A stretch of 64,000 nucleotides of DNA from Azolla caroliniana (lineage: Eukaryota > Plantae > Polypodiophyta), in the NCBI GenBank assembly GCA_043228905.1, contig JBHGNT010000006.1, forward strand, positions 20,460,001 through 20,524,000. The letters run 5' to 3'. A model generated the notes under the pieces. That model saw only the letters and a program-made list of their open reading frames with translations, was not told the DNA's origin and made no database searches. Shown piece after piece: positions 39,980 through 52,946 of the stretch (positions within the stretch are counted from its first letter, which is position 1; every line of letters begins with the position of its first letter). Made by a program: the position numbers and the translations under genes.

Positions 39980-40680
39980 AACATAGTCATGAAAATTGCC
40001 AAATCAACTTCCCTTTCACCCTATGGAGTTGTTTGTTGTTTTACCCCATGAAGTTCGTCAAACAAGAACCCATTTCTCGTGGTCCAATTAAACCACATCC
40101 CCCAATACCTAAGGTAGTCAAACACGACCTTATATGATGGTGTGGGCATGTCTTTATCTTCATAAATAAAACCCCACTTAAAAGGTGACAAAATATTTCC
40201 TATTATCGATGCCCAAATTTGTGATATAACCACCCAAATGACTTTACCAACCAAACATGTAATGAAACTATGTCTGGCATCTTCATCAACCACCGTGCAA
40301 AAAAATCATGTCCCATTCAAAATATGTATTCATTTTAAGGTCATCACCAAAGGTAGCCCACCAACTCTCACACGCCAAAGAAACACCTTTGCATGGAATG
40401 GAAGTTGAGACTAACATCCTTCATCTAAAACTCTACGCCACCATTTTACATGTCTGATAATGTACCATGTATCCAAAACCTTATCTGCTAACCAAACTCT
40501 ATCTTCAACCACCTTATGGTATACATCATTAGTGTGCACCATAAAAATTGATTGTCCAATACCAAATGACCAATCTTTCCATGGGTCCTCTACCACCAAC
40601 TTTGGAATTGGGAAAACTAGTCTAGGCAATGCCAATATTGATTGCCAAATATACCCATTTCCACGTGGTATATGAAGCTA
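39980..40680 (-). mobile_element. LINE ORF2 3' fragment
   Basis: FHAKVFLWRVRVGGLP motif; same family as 41650-43100. Confidence 0.65.
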
Positions 40681-41086
40681 GAGCTCTCACACACACACAC
40701 ATGAGTTATAAGAGTTAACTGTTATTTGGTCAAACCTTAACCTCTCCTCCTTTTGCATGTGTTGACTTCCCTCAATCAAGGTGTGGTTAGTATCATTGTG
40801 TGTAATCCTTCATGACATATGTGTATAAGTGTCTAACATTTAAGTAGATTCTTCTTAGTGAGAGAGAAATGAGTGAAAGTTCACAAGGTTAGGGTACATG
40901 AGGTTAACAACTTTAGAGTGTGTGACAACTGCTCTCGCCCAATTCGCCATTAATAGGGTATATGATAAACTGAACCCCTTGGCATACATTATCAACGTGG
41001 AGGCAAAACTTCTTCAATATAAATGGCGAGGATACTACAAGCCAAAACCGATTTCTACACGTGCTACGTGGGTGCAAAGATCGAAA

Positions 41087-41400
41087 TGACGAAAAACAGA
41101 AGACAAAAAATGAAAGTACAGAGGCACAAGTATTTTTAATGTGGAAACCCTGATAGGGAAAAACCACGGGAGTCCACAAACTCAAATAAAATCACTATAT
41201 AGATAAGAGGAATGTACAATAAGAAACTATAAGGCAACAACCTTGAGTTCTACTTCGTCCACAGACGATTATAGAGGAGTTATACTCTCTCTCTCTCTCT
41301 CTCTAGTTACACTAATGATTCATCACACATATAATGATTTGCCCTGGGTGTATTTATACTCATGCACAATATGGGATATTTACAAATGTAGCCCACTAAG
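41087..41400 (-). mobile_element. Probable Copia (Tork/Tnt1-type) solo LTR
   Basis: TTAATGTGGAAACCC..GGGAAAAACCACGGG motif (CCCGTGGTTTTTCCC on the minus strand) and TATAAATAC on the minus strand. TSD not found. Confidence 0.45.
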
Positions 41401-43136
41401 GGCACATTGAGGCGACAATCTCTTTGTAAAAGAACTATAAAAATCACTTTTTGGTTATTTTTCTTGAGTTTTGAGTTTTCTCTCCCTTTCACCTAAGCTA
41501 CAGTTCTCTTTTTCTTTTTCTGGTAAAAGCACACAATTATATTAATTGTATATAAAATCCCTTGTTACAACACTTCTTAGTCTCCTCTTCCTATCTATCC
41601 TATCCTATGTAGGGAGAGGGACATCCTATAACGCCACTCGAAAACCTAAATATGCATTTGAGGAAATGATTACCATATGCTTTAACATCCAAAAATTCTA
41701 CATAAGAATACCTTTCAACTTCTTTATATAGGCTTTCACCCCATGTCTATCGTCAAACATGAAAGCGCTACGCATATTCCAATTGTGTTATAGTTCCCTA
41801 TATCATAAAATTGGAACAATATCTCCATCTCATCACCGGACCATTTTGAACATACTATGAAAATTGTTGAGGTCTCAAATAAAAATGGGTTTACATTTGT
41901 CAAACGTTTGATAAGTACTTCCAAATGACACACGTTATAGGACATTTAATGAACCTACGTGTATTGTCCTCCAATGGAATGGTGCAAAAGAAAAAAGTGC
42001 TTGACCGAAGTGCTCATCTCTTTAAGGCTAACCCTAATGGGAGCCCACCAATCATGACTCTCCATATGAATACCTTTGCACGAAATGGCAAATGGGAACA
42101 CCAACCACATTGTAATATTTGCCACCACCTTACATTCAACTTACATACATTCCACACCTTTTTTGTTTTAGGAGATAACCAAGATAATGATGTTGTTGCA
42201 AAATGATACAATATATTCGTAGTGACCTGTAACAAGCGTGTACCATTGTGTAACCGCCAAACCACCCAAGGTGCAACATTTGTTATCAATGGCAAAGATC
42301 CAATCTACAATGGTATATAATTGTAATTTCTCCCAAATAAATCCGTAAATTGGGGGAATGCATAATCATCATTTGACATCTTCAAATTCGAACAACCTTT
42401 GAGATTCATTATCAACCACATCTCTGAAATGTACAACCCCCCATCTGAAATAAGCGATTGAATCGAGATCTCAACTTCTCTTTTCCACGCCAATACAACA
42501 CTCGAGAAGAAATGAGCAATTCATTTTGTAACGAATTACAAAATTCTCGATCACTTGATGGTGCCCACTTAAAAAAGATAATGCTTCTTGTCATGACCTT
42601 ACCAATTATCCACAACAGAATGTGAAATTTTTACAAGAATACATCCATTGACTAATGGGCACCACGATGCTTGAATCTTTCTTCCCCCGTGCACCAATCC
42701 ATCACGCTCAATAAAATATTGCATCATAGATATCTATAGTTGATCTTGTTGGCACATATCTCATAATAATGCAAATCTACGAGCCATCAAATGCATTTCC
42801 AAATCCAATATTGTTGCACCACCTAATCGTTTGGCAGTAGCCAAATGGTCCCATGAAATCCATGCAACTCCAATTGTTTCTCCCTTCTGCCACAACATGA
42901 ATCGAAAAGGTTGCAACAATATTTGTAATGTTGTCTTAGTCCAAGGAAGTAATGGTAGAAAATATAATAACATGGGCTTTGAGTCGTACATGAAAGGGCC
43001 ACAATTGAGACTTCTAATACATAAATTTGTCTTTCAATTTACTACCAATCTAGTTAATAAATCGAACATTTGCAACATCAACACCCAAAAACATAAAATA
43101 ATCATCTGTGAGAAATTAAAGAGAGAGAGAAAAGAA

Positions 43137-43193
<57 letters not shown>

Positions 43194-45234
43194 GGCAAAA
43201 CTGTATATTGTATATTGTGTATAGTATCAACATACATATCGTTTCTTATGTTCATGAGAGGTTATAAAAAGGTGCAGCTCTTCATATATTCCATGACAAT
43301 AAACGGTTAAAATAGGTAAACTAAAATGTTTATATATTATTTAATTTGTCATGTGACTTGGGTTTGTTTGACCATTTGGTTTCTTTATTCTTAGTTCGTC
43401 TCGCTTGATTTTCGCAATCAAAGTTTGGAGATTGTGATACTTCTCGTTGCTATGGATGCTCACGAATGTGATCCATGATTCTGGCAAGGAACCCATTAGT
43501 ATTTCACATTTTGATGTTTCATCGATAATGCTACCTGCTGAGATTGCAACATAGACTAGTTGCCTTTGCCAATTGCGTATGAGGGTGTTTGTTGGTTCTC
43601 CTTCATGCATCTCCATGTTCATTAGGGTTCGGTAGGAGAAGATTTTGGTCTTATTGTTGGAGGGTTGGTGTAATTGTTGAAGATGATCCCACATTGCTCG
43701 TGCAGATCCAAGACTTCGAACATGATCAACTTGTCGATCACTTAGATGCACGATTTTCTTTTTATCTCCATTCTTGCATCTAAATCGCTACTTTTCCAAT
43801 CGCTCAATTCTGGTTTTGTTGACGGAACGACTTCGGAACCATTTACAGTTCCTATAAGATTTGTTCTTTCGAGAATTAACTCCATTCTCGTTCTCCACAT
43901 TCTATATTTGTGATCGGTGAGTTTCTGCACTACATACTTTCTTGCCATTTGATTTGATGATGCAACATTAATTGAATTTCCAACAAATTCCGATTGGTTT
44001 TCCATATCGGTGGTTGACAACATCTTGTATAGATTGTCAGGATCAATCTAACGTGATGTGTGCCACTTATTTTTCGCAGATCACTTATCTATCGTGATGT
44101 ATGTCGCTCTGATACCATGTGAGAAATTAGAGAGAGAGAGAGAGAGAGAGAAAGAAAGAAAGATGTACTAACATCTTCTAAGGCCAAAATTGGCCCATGA
44201 GACAATTGGTTTACAACAAAAATGGGGTATTTACCCATTCATCGAAAGAAAAAAATAAAAAAGAGCTTAAGCTAAATGGTTATAGTAAAAAAACGTGTTC
44301 TATAAGGAAATGGCTTTATATTAGGCCTAGTTTCATTTCCATCCAAGTCTCTCGAAAAGAAGCGGGAGGTAAAAGGGTTTCAATGTGGATGTGACCTGTG
44401 GTCCCAATGTAAGAGGTACCCCAACCATAGCTTCTAGGCGGCGTAACTCACATTCCCTTATCTTCTTAATCATTTCTACTATGTGTCGAGTTGCTTTGAA
44501 GCCCAACATTCGAGGGTGTTTGGTTGTTCTTTGCATTTTCACTTCATCAAGAGAGAGGCCGAGTGGCGTAGGTGTGTCCACATTTATTGTTTCCCCTTGT
44601 TCCTGAAAATTTATATTAGTTTCATATTGGTTGATATTAAAAGGGAGATATATAGATAGATCGATAGATAGATTATATTATCGTCTTTGGAGGTCAAATA
44701 TGACCTATGAGACCCAACATATTACATTTCACGTGATACGTGTGAAAGTGAGTAGTGACTCTCGATGTTCAAGAACTTTACCAAAGAATATTGCAATCGA
44801 GAGTGCACATTGTCGTTGTGAGAGAAATTCTTGCAAGGATTGCGCTCAATCGAAAAGATGTGGAAAGCATGGTCGAATATGATCAAAGGCAGAGCATTGT
44901 ATCAAAGTGTGATACTCAGACTCACGAACTTGTTTAGGGCAGAGTGTGCATAGCCGACCATTCTCATCACTTATGCCCCAACGCCCTGTCTCACATCACA
45001 ATCCATGTGAGCTAAGTCGCATGGAAGCAATGGTTCGAATGGCAGATAACGGGATGGGCTCTAACATGTATCGATGTGTACGATTTCCCCGTTCCGCAAA
45101 AAACATGGTTTTGTAGTTAGGTGCAACGTGTGTAGTATAATTTGTGAACCGTGAGCCTCCACATTTGTCCCATGTCATGATACGTTGGCATTGCAAAAAG
45201 GTCTTATTTATATATATAGAGAGAGAGTGCCCAG

Positions 45235-45308
45235 ATGGATGTAGCTTAGTTGGTAAGGTTGCCTAATGGAGACCAGGTGGTAATGGGTTCAACCCCTACG
45301 TTCCACAG
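45235..45308 (+). pseudogene. tRNA-derived sequence (pseudo-tRNA or SINE head)
   Basis: A box TAGCTTAGTTGGTAA and B box GGTTCAACCCC at tRNA spacing; acceptor and anticodon stems poorly paired. Confidence 0.55.
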
Positions 45309-45363
45309 TGGCATATCTAGTGAAATAGAGATATATATGAAGTATAGAATAAAGAGGTGAGAA

Positions 45364-45426
45364 AATTGGGTTTCGAACCCAAGACGCAATGCATGTTGTG
45401 CTATCAACTTACCACTAGCGTAAGCT
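45364..45426 (-). pseudogene. Second tRNA-derived sequence, convergent with the first
   Basis: Minus strand reads GCTAGTGGTAAG..GGGTTCGAAACCC. Confidence 0.45.
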
Positions 45427-45656
45427 AATTACGATAAAAATAAATAAAAAGAGAGTGAGTGAGTATAATTGTATATTGTGTATAGTATCAATGTACATAT
45501 CGTTTCTTATGTTCATGAGAGGTTATAAAAAGGTGCACCTCTTCATCTAAAGTGGTATGAAGGGATCTGTTTATTCCATAACAATAAATGGCTAAAATAG
45601 GTAAACTAAGATGTTTATATATTATTTAATTATTCTAACATCATCAACCAGTGTTT

Positions 45657-45942
45657 GTGCCACCAATTGTCCACCAAAAAGAAGATGCAAACCCACAATA
45701 TCACCATTGGTTGGAAGATTTAACAACATTACCAACAAAGGATGTGTGATAGTAGCAAATAGCAATGAACTTAGTGGAAGCAAGAGTTCTCTCTCTCTCT
45801 CTCACACACACACACGCCACCAATTGTCCACCAAAAAGAAGATGCAAACCCACAATATCACCACTGGTTGGAAGATTTAACAACATTACCAACAAAGGAT
45901 GTGTGATAGTAGCAAATAGCAATGGACTTAGTGGAAGCAAGA

Positions 45943-46022
<80 letters not shown>

Positions 46023-46037
46023 ACACACACACACACA
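45657..46037. repeat. ~157-bp tandem duplication of a LINE RT fragment plus (CT)n(CA)n microsatellite
   Basis: GCCACCAATTGTCCACC..GCAAGAGTTCTCTC occurs twice, followed by a long (CT)n. Confidence 0.85.
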
Positions 46038-46489
46038 TGCACTTGTAAAGTGAGTGATAAGAGTTAAGTGATATTTAGTCAAATCTCAATCTCTCCTCCA
46101 TTTGTGTATGCATTATGATGATTTCTCTCCGTAATCAAGGTGTGGTTAATATCATTGCATGTAATCTTTTTTTTACATATGCTTATAAGAGTCTAATATT
46201 TAAACCTTTATAAAGCATTATTTTACATGAGAGGCGAGTGAAAGTTTGTGAGGTTAGTAGCTTCATAGTGCTTGACAACCGCTCTTGCTCAATTCACCAT
46301 CGATAGGGTATACAACAATTTGAACTCCTCTTTATACAATATCAATGTGGAAGCAAAACTCAATCGATATAAAGAGGTGCACTTAGTAAGTACACCTAGA
46401 GCCAATTATAGTAGAATGTCCTAAAACACATAAACAAACACTCATAAAAAAAGAATAAAGTTAAGAAACGCATAAACGCTAGAAAGTGC

Positions 46490-47960
46490 TAGTTGGAGGT
46501 TGACATGTGACATCCTTGTCCAAGACATTGTTTTTTATGAGCAACATCATGCAAAAGCCAATGTTTAGTCTCCATGATGTAGTTTGTTACATGTCATGAT
46601 CAAAACCCAATGTGTTCACGTACGAATCAATGATATCACCTTGTATAACCTTTTCAGTGATAGTTTAGTTAAAAAGTTAAAACACAAACAAGTGCCAAAG
46701 GCATTTGCGGCTAATGTTGGTACTTGGTTGAACTTTAATCAATCCTCTATGGATGTTAAGGAGCAAGTTTTGAAATCAATAAGAGGTGGTACATTAATGT
46801 TCTAAGAGATAAGTAACCCTTGTAATAGGGTTTTGCCTTCTTCAAACCATATATGGTACGGGACATTCTCTTCTTATAATGTCTTGATTGGAGCAAGAGC
46901 TTATACATCTAATGAATCCTTCTTAGCATATGTAATAGTTTCAGAGGGAAAGTTGCAATGTGTCTCTATGTAGGATGACCTTCTCAATTTACTGGAGTGG
47001 AAGCCTATTAGGGTGGTTGCAAAATCAGGGAAGGTATGTATTATTGATCCGCATCCTAAAAATGTACACCCTTTATGGGATATTTAGGTTTGTGGTAGTA
47101 AACCCTTATTGGAGTTAGAGTGGGATCTAGCGGAATGGTGGTGGAGAGATGTTAATGGTAAGATGGTTTCTTTCTTTGATTACTCTGTAAAATTAAGTAG
47201 GGAATTCCAACGAAGGAGGAATCCAGTTACATCGATTGCAACTAAGGTATGGTTAAGTAATAGTATTCCAATGCATTGAGTATTGGCATTTTGGAAATGG
47301 TTGTGGGCTCTACAAATTCCTCACAAAATCATTATGTTTAGATGGTTATGTGTCCACTATGCACTTCCAATCTTGGAATGAATGCATGGGAAAGAGAGAG
47401 CCAAAACTTGCTCTTTTTGTGGGTTTCATTTGGAATCAATGCAACATGCCTTATGGAACTGTATGGTTGCATGTTCTGTTTGGAAACGTATGTGGCATCT
47501 CATTGATGTTGCATATGGACCTAATGTGATTACATGGGGAAATGACTTTTGGATGGATGTAAATGTGGATAAGCATAATCATGAAAGGGAAAATATATTA
47601 TTTACCCTTCAAACTAGGGGAAGGCAAATTAAGCACGTACCATATTCGAGCTCAATTTGATTGAATGTGGATGCCACAATATGGGCTACGATATCATCGG
47701 TGGTTTTGTGGAATATTTGGATAGATCGATGCAAAAATGAGTTTCAGCAAATAAAGCAAAATCATGTTCATTATGTGAAAGAAATTTGGTTGATGCTTAT
47801 TTCAATTTTAAAAGGTCAACATGACTTCTTCACTATTAACTGATGTACCATTTTTCTGAAACAACAATCCTTTAAAGGCAAGTGGAATGATTTTTTCGTC
47901 TTTGTGGAGAGAAATGACAAAATGGTTTGGCAAAATGACCTTTCATGCTTCAACAATCTA
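46490..47960 (+). mobile_element. LINE ORF2 3' remnant (zf-RVT)
   Basis: CSFCGFHLESMQHALWNC and LWNIWIDRCKNEFQ. Confidence 0.75.
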
Positions 47961-48231
47961 AAGATGAATACTTACATTACCAAGAATCGAGGTTAGCAAC
48001 CATTGATGGGGTGCTATGTAGAGAATGATCATAGAGCTATGTTCTACACTTTCAATAAGTTATTTATGCATTTATATGTTTGGCCATAAAAGGATTAAGA
48101 GGCCACCAAGCCAAAGATAACACGGGGGTGGAAATGCCCATTGGGCTCAAATTCTTCAAGAGTTCAATATTCATTTGAGGTTTTGCATTAAAAGCAAAAA
48201 ATGTTGTTGTCATGGATGACTTGAGTTGAAT

Positions 48232-48635
48232 TAACAATCGGCCACGGTTCGGTTCGGTTCGAGAGGGTCAAGTCTCAAAACCGAATCATTTAAAATTTTA
48301 GAAACTTGAACCGAACCGAACCGAACCATTCAAAAATGTTCAAACCGGTAAAACTACGGTTTCATGGTTCGGTTTTGGTTTTAAGCTTAGGTCAAATTTT
48401 AAAATTTAAAATATTTCATTATTTAAATTTTCAAAATTTTAAAGGTTTTCCAAAAATGTGAGAATAAGGCATGAAATGAAAAGACTCTTTAAAAACAAAA
48501 TTTTTTATTTTTAAAAATATTTAAAAACATAAAAAACCGTTAAACCGTTTAAACCGCGGTTTCTAACTGTTGAAACCGAACTGAACCGTGTAAACCATTA
48601 ATTCATTAAGTCGCGGTTTCGGTTGTCGATTGTTA
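48232..48635. mobile_element. hAT-superfamily MITE (404 bp)
   Basis: TIRs TAACAATCG(G/A)C, 8-bp TSD AGTTGAAT (48224-48231, 48636-48643), AACCG/CGGTT subterminal repeats, AT-rich core. Confidence 0.9.
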
Positions 48636-48659
48636 AGTTGAATATGCACGCTTAATGAG

Positions 48660-50470
48660 CTTTGTTCCATGCATATAGGAATACTTCATAGGGAATATGT
48701 GAGATAAATTCAAAGTGACAAAGGTTTTGTCGAACCATGACAAATTGTTAAAGAATTTCCTTAGGTTCTATCACATTCCCAAGAAACTAGAAGAGCTCAA
48801 GCAAAGATGGAAGCAATATTTCTCCTCAAGGGAACTTAATTGAAAAAAGTAAAATTTGTGTACATAAGGATGATGAATCTAGGCACTTCATTCTCGAAGA
48901 ATGTCATGATCACTCTATTGTCAAATATTATCAAAACATAATAAGACCCCATGTGCTACTTCAGAGAGACTTTTATTGGGTCACAACAACAAAAAACATC
49001 AAGATTTTGTGATCTACTATATTGAATGTCAAAAATAAAGTAGAAATATTTTAAATTAGGGACACTCTTAAACCTCAACCATATGGATATTCAAAAGGGG
49101 AGGTAAGAAAGTATTCCCTAGATTTTATCGTCGATCTTCACAATACATGAAATGTTCTAATTCGATGTGGGTAGTCATCGATACATCAACATATACACAT
49201 AATTTTGTGCCTCGTATGATTGTTAGGGGTCTACATTTAGATAGGTAGGTTATACAAAAGTTGTATTGGTCATATGGATTGGTGAGTGATGATTAAATCA
49301 ATAATGTTTAACAAGCTTTAAACAATTGAATTGATCTCTCTCAAGCATATGGGCTAGCTAAGAGAGTTAATGTTGAGGATACTCTCGGGGTCTATGCGAA
49401 TAAGAATCAACCAATTTATGATGACCACTTTCGTATTTAGAGATTGCCTATGTTAGTGCGGACTCAACACAATAGTAATATGTTATGCACACATAACATT
49501 AGTGAGGGTAGGTTGTTAATATTTACATAACATGAGTGATGGTTATGTTCACTAATGTTAGAAAGACACTAATGTGATTGGATAGAAGGAATGATAGGTG
49601 CATCCACTATCATGACCTCGACAACCAATGAATGGAGTCTTTTAGAAAATCTACGAAGAAGTATAAATGTGAGCCTAACTCCCTCATAAAGCACATTAAT
49701 CTTGAGATACCAATGGTATGGGCTAGGCTTTCGTTGCAACGATTGTGTTACCTATTCCAAAGTACTAGTCATCGTAACATCCGTTTGTATGGGATGTCGG
49801 GAGGAACGAGTTATTCTAACCGATCTATTCGCCTTTCTTTTACTTTAATTGGTCTATTGATAAGTTATAGACTCTTTAACCTAATCCATTCATGTTGACA
49901 TATGCATTGCGATAGAAGAGTTGAATTGCATAAACATTTCTAAATGATAAATTGCAAAATGTGAAAATGTGAAAATGTTTGTTGGAGTGCATGGTCAATG
50001 TAGCTCAATAAAATGTATGAATTATAGAATATCACTCACGTGTTTACGTTTATCCAAAAAAGTGGCTACTAGACTTCAAATTGAGAGATTTCATATTCTT
50101 ATGAGCTATTGAGAATATCTCTTTTGTCACCACATATTTATTCATTGACTTTCTCCATGTAACTCTTTCACAAATCTTGATAATGTTGGAAATATGGTTT
50201 ACCTATAAGATATTCACCAAATTCTTTCAACTTGTGTTTCATTTCACTTCATCAAAGAAGATAAGTGAAATTGATCGACTATTTTGCTCCATCCAAATTT
50301 GTGAAGTTTCACAAAAGTCCATGAAACAAAGTGAGCAATAACTAATCATAGTTTATTAATAGAAGATAACAATGAAGTCCTAGTCAAGTGGCTTGATAAA
50401 CCTAAAAAGGAACCCACTTGGGATGATATGAGAGACGTTACAAAAATATATAAATTCATTTGGCCCAAAT
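48660..50470 (+). mobile_element. Degenerate Ty3/Gypsy (chromovirus) integrase-chromodomain remnant
   Basis: ILEECHDH (~48889), RDFYW (~48964), DFIVDL (~49121), WVVID (~49168) and EVLVKWLDKPKKEPTWD (~50374). Confidence 0.7.
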
Positions 50471-52516
50471 AGGCTCTAAACTATGGCCTCCATTTTTTTA
50501 ATTTGATATCCTTACCTTCTAACTTTGCCAACATTAGGGTAGACATCAAAATAGGCCCACTTACAATTTTTGTGAGGATGAAAGGCTCCACCAACTCAAA
50601 AGTGTAGTTCAAAGTAATTCTTAACCTATTGCACAACCACAACGTGATTATTACGAGCATGATTCCTCATTTGCACCTTTGAATCTAGTCATACATTTCT
50701 TTTATCCACATTTACATCATAAAAAGAAAAATCACGACACATGCATTCGTGTAAAATCTTATTCGACATGTAAATTACAATTCTTGAACAAAAGTGACCA
50801 AAATCCACCATAAGGAATTTGACATTGTTGTCATTAATTCAATAATGCCCCTTGGTCTAAAATATTGCTTAATGGAATCTTTATGTACATAGTACCAAGT
50901 ACATGTTACTTACGAACACAAACCCATTTAACACACCTTGGTCCATATATGATGAACGACTATCATGAGCAAATTACGTGCTAGCATATAAACCAATGAT
51001 TAAATGAAATATGGTTTTCAATTGCCAAATATGTCGTTTGAGACATGGTTATCAATCATAAGAAGGATTTGGACCATTTTGAACATTATAATCAAGTGAG
51101 AATGTTTGAGACTTTGCTTTGTGACAAATATCTAAATGCATTAGTATGCAACGCACGAGTATTTGCAATCCAACAAGGCAAACGTTCACAATATCAACCC
51201 TTTAGGCTCATCAATGGTTGAACAACACTACTTTAGAGGGAGTTAATGAGGACATGGAGCAATTTTTATGCTATTAACAATATTGTTTTTTCATAAGGGG
51301 CGAAATAAAATATAATAAAAGACGGAAGTTACTAGAATGAAAGATGGGGACAATGACGAAATAAGTAAACAATAGAAATCAGTACAACTTAGAGGTTATC
51401 TAAGAATTAGTAAGAGAGATGAGAGGAATTAATATATTAGAGAAGTCATATTGATGACCAAAATGATAACCGATTAAAACCATTATTCTGATGAGAATGA
51501 CGGAATATATAAATCAATATATGATTGAAACCCTCATATTGATATTTTCAATTAAAGAAAGAGCGAGTAGAAATTCCCGTTTTCACCAAGAAAAATGAAG
51601 CACAACACCTTTTGACAAAAAGCTTTTGGGAAGGTAATGGAATATGGTTACATTTTGAACCACGAGAAACCAATCCTCAATCATTACATGGATTGTGGGA
51701 CATGGGGGGGTACTCTTGCCCAACCCCAAATGAAGTGGTCAGTCAAGGACCATTCATTTTGAAGCCGACCCAGAAAACATGAGTTGTAACTAGAGAAACA
51801 AACATTAGTGATGTGGCACATAGTAAATACAAGGGAAGTTTAGGCTCGTTTTGTACTCCCTAAGCCAAGCGTAATAATGCAATGAAAAGCAGAACATTTT
51901 CGCATAAGAAGTGGATGGCCATAACGAGTTCCGAAACAATCGATAAGATACAAAGTAGTTAGGGTTTGATCTTACTAGGGTAGAGCCTATTTCTCAATTG
52001 CATGTGCTGAGCAGGGGGTGCCAGGTTCTCTTGTAATGGGCGACGATGTCTGCTATGTGCCTCTGATTCTTAGAAGCAAAAAGGAAAACACAGGATTGGG
52101 AGATGGCCAACACATCCTGACGTGATGGGCGGGCAGGCACCTTACGGAGAGAAGCTACTAGACTTCTCCCAAGATGGGGGCTTCTAGTGGGCTTGTGTGG
52201 AAGTTGTCCCTCCTCCACTCCCACTCTCCCAATGAATGAGAGGAGGTCATCATCTAGATCATAGTACGTAATATACATACTCGAATGCATTGGCAAACAT
52301 TCATTTTTTCATACGAATGCGTATGTTATCAAAATGTTCTTATGTTCTTTTATATACTTGTTTACCTTAAAAAAAAAACAACCTTATAATAAATAAATAA
52401 TGAACACGAAAGTATGGTATTTACCATACTCCTAAGGGAGTTTACCATACGTGAATGATGGAAACCGTCTCGAATGCGAATGCACGTATGTATGGTTCAT
52501 ACAATAATCTAGAAAG

Positions 52517-52886
52517 TGAGAGAGAAAGAAGAGAGAGACAGAGAAGAGAGAGAGAGAGAGACACACAGAAAAGAGAAAAAGAGAAAAGAGAAGAGAAAAG
52601 AGAAAAGAGAAAAGAGAAGAGAGAGAGAAGAGAGAGAGAGACACACATAGAAACAGTCTACAGAGAAAAGAGAGAGAGAGACAGAGAGGAAAGAGAGAGA
52701 GAGAGAAGAGAGAGAGAGAGGAAAGAGAGAGAGAGACACAGAGAGAGAGACACACACATAGAAACAGAGAAGAGAGAGAGAAGAGAGAGACGCACATAGA
52801 AACAGAGAAGAGAGAGAGAAGAGAGAGACACAGAGAATAGAGAGAGACACACAGAAAAGAGAGAGGAAAGAGAGAGAGAGAGAGAG
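52517..52886. repeat. GA-rich low-complexity tract upstream of the ELF3-like gene
   Basis: About 370 bp of almost pure purines, with recurring GAGACAC/CATAGAAACAG units. Confidence 0.9.
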
Positions 52887-52913
52887 GATTAGATTGACCA
52901 GCAATGGTGGGCA

Positions 52914-52915
<2 letters not shown>

Positions 52916-52945
<30 letters not shown>
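52916..52945 (+). repeat. (CAG)10 trinucleotide repeat
   Basis: Directly visible. Confidence 0.92.

Positions 52946-52946
<1 letters not shown>

Larger units (their letters stand above)
43107..45640 (-). mobile_element. gag-only Copia derivative with an interrupted 5' LTR
   Basis: TSD TCATC (43102-43106, 45641-45645). 5' LTR 45640-44118 with a ~1.3-kb insert; PBS TGGTATCAGAGC 44117-44106; frameshifted gag 44023-43341; 3' LTR 43346-43107 lacks its first ~9 bp and the PPT. Confidence 0.88.
41650..45950 (-). mobile_element. LINE (L1-like) ORF2 remnant, split by a Copia derivative
   Basis: PLSPLLF..GDIVGL..QTLVDD (45790-45641), AWISWDHL..KRLGG (42991-42761), FRAKVFIWRVMIGGLP (42295-42014). Confidence 0.8.

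Noticed and set aside
45235-45308. Functional tRNA gene
   Set aside because: Acceptor and anticodon stems do not pair properly; kept only as tRNA-derived.
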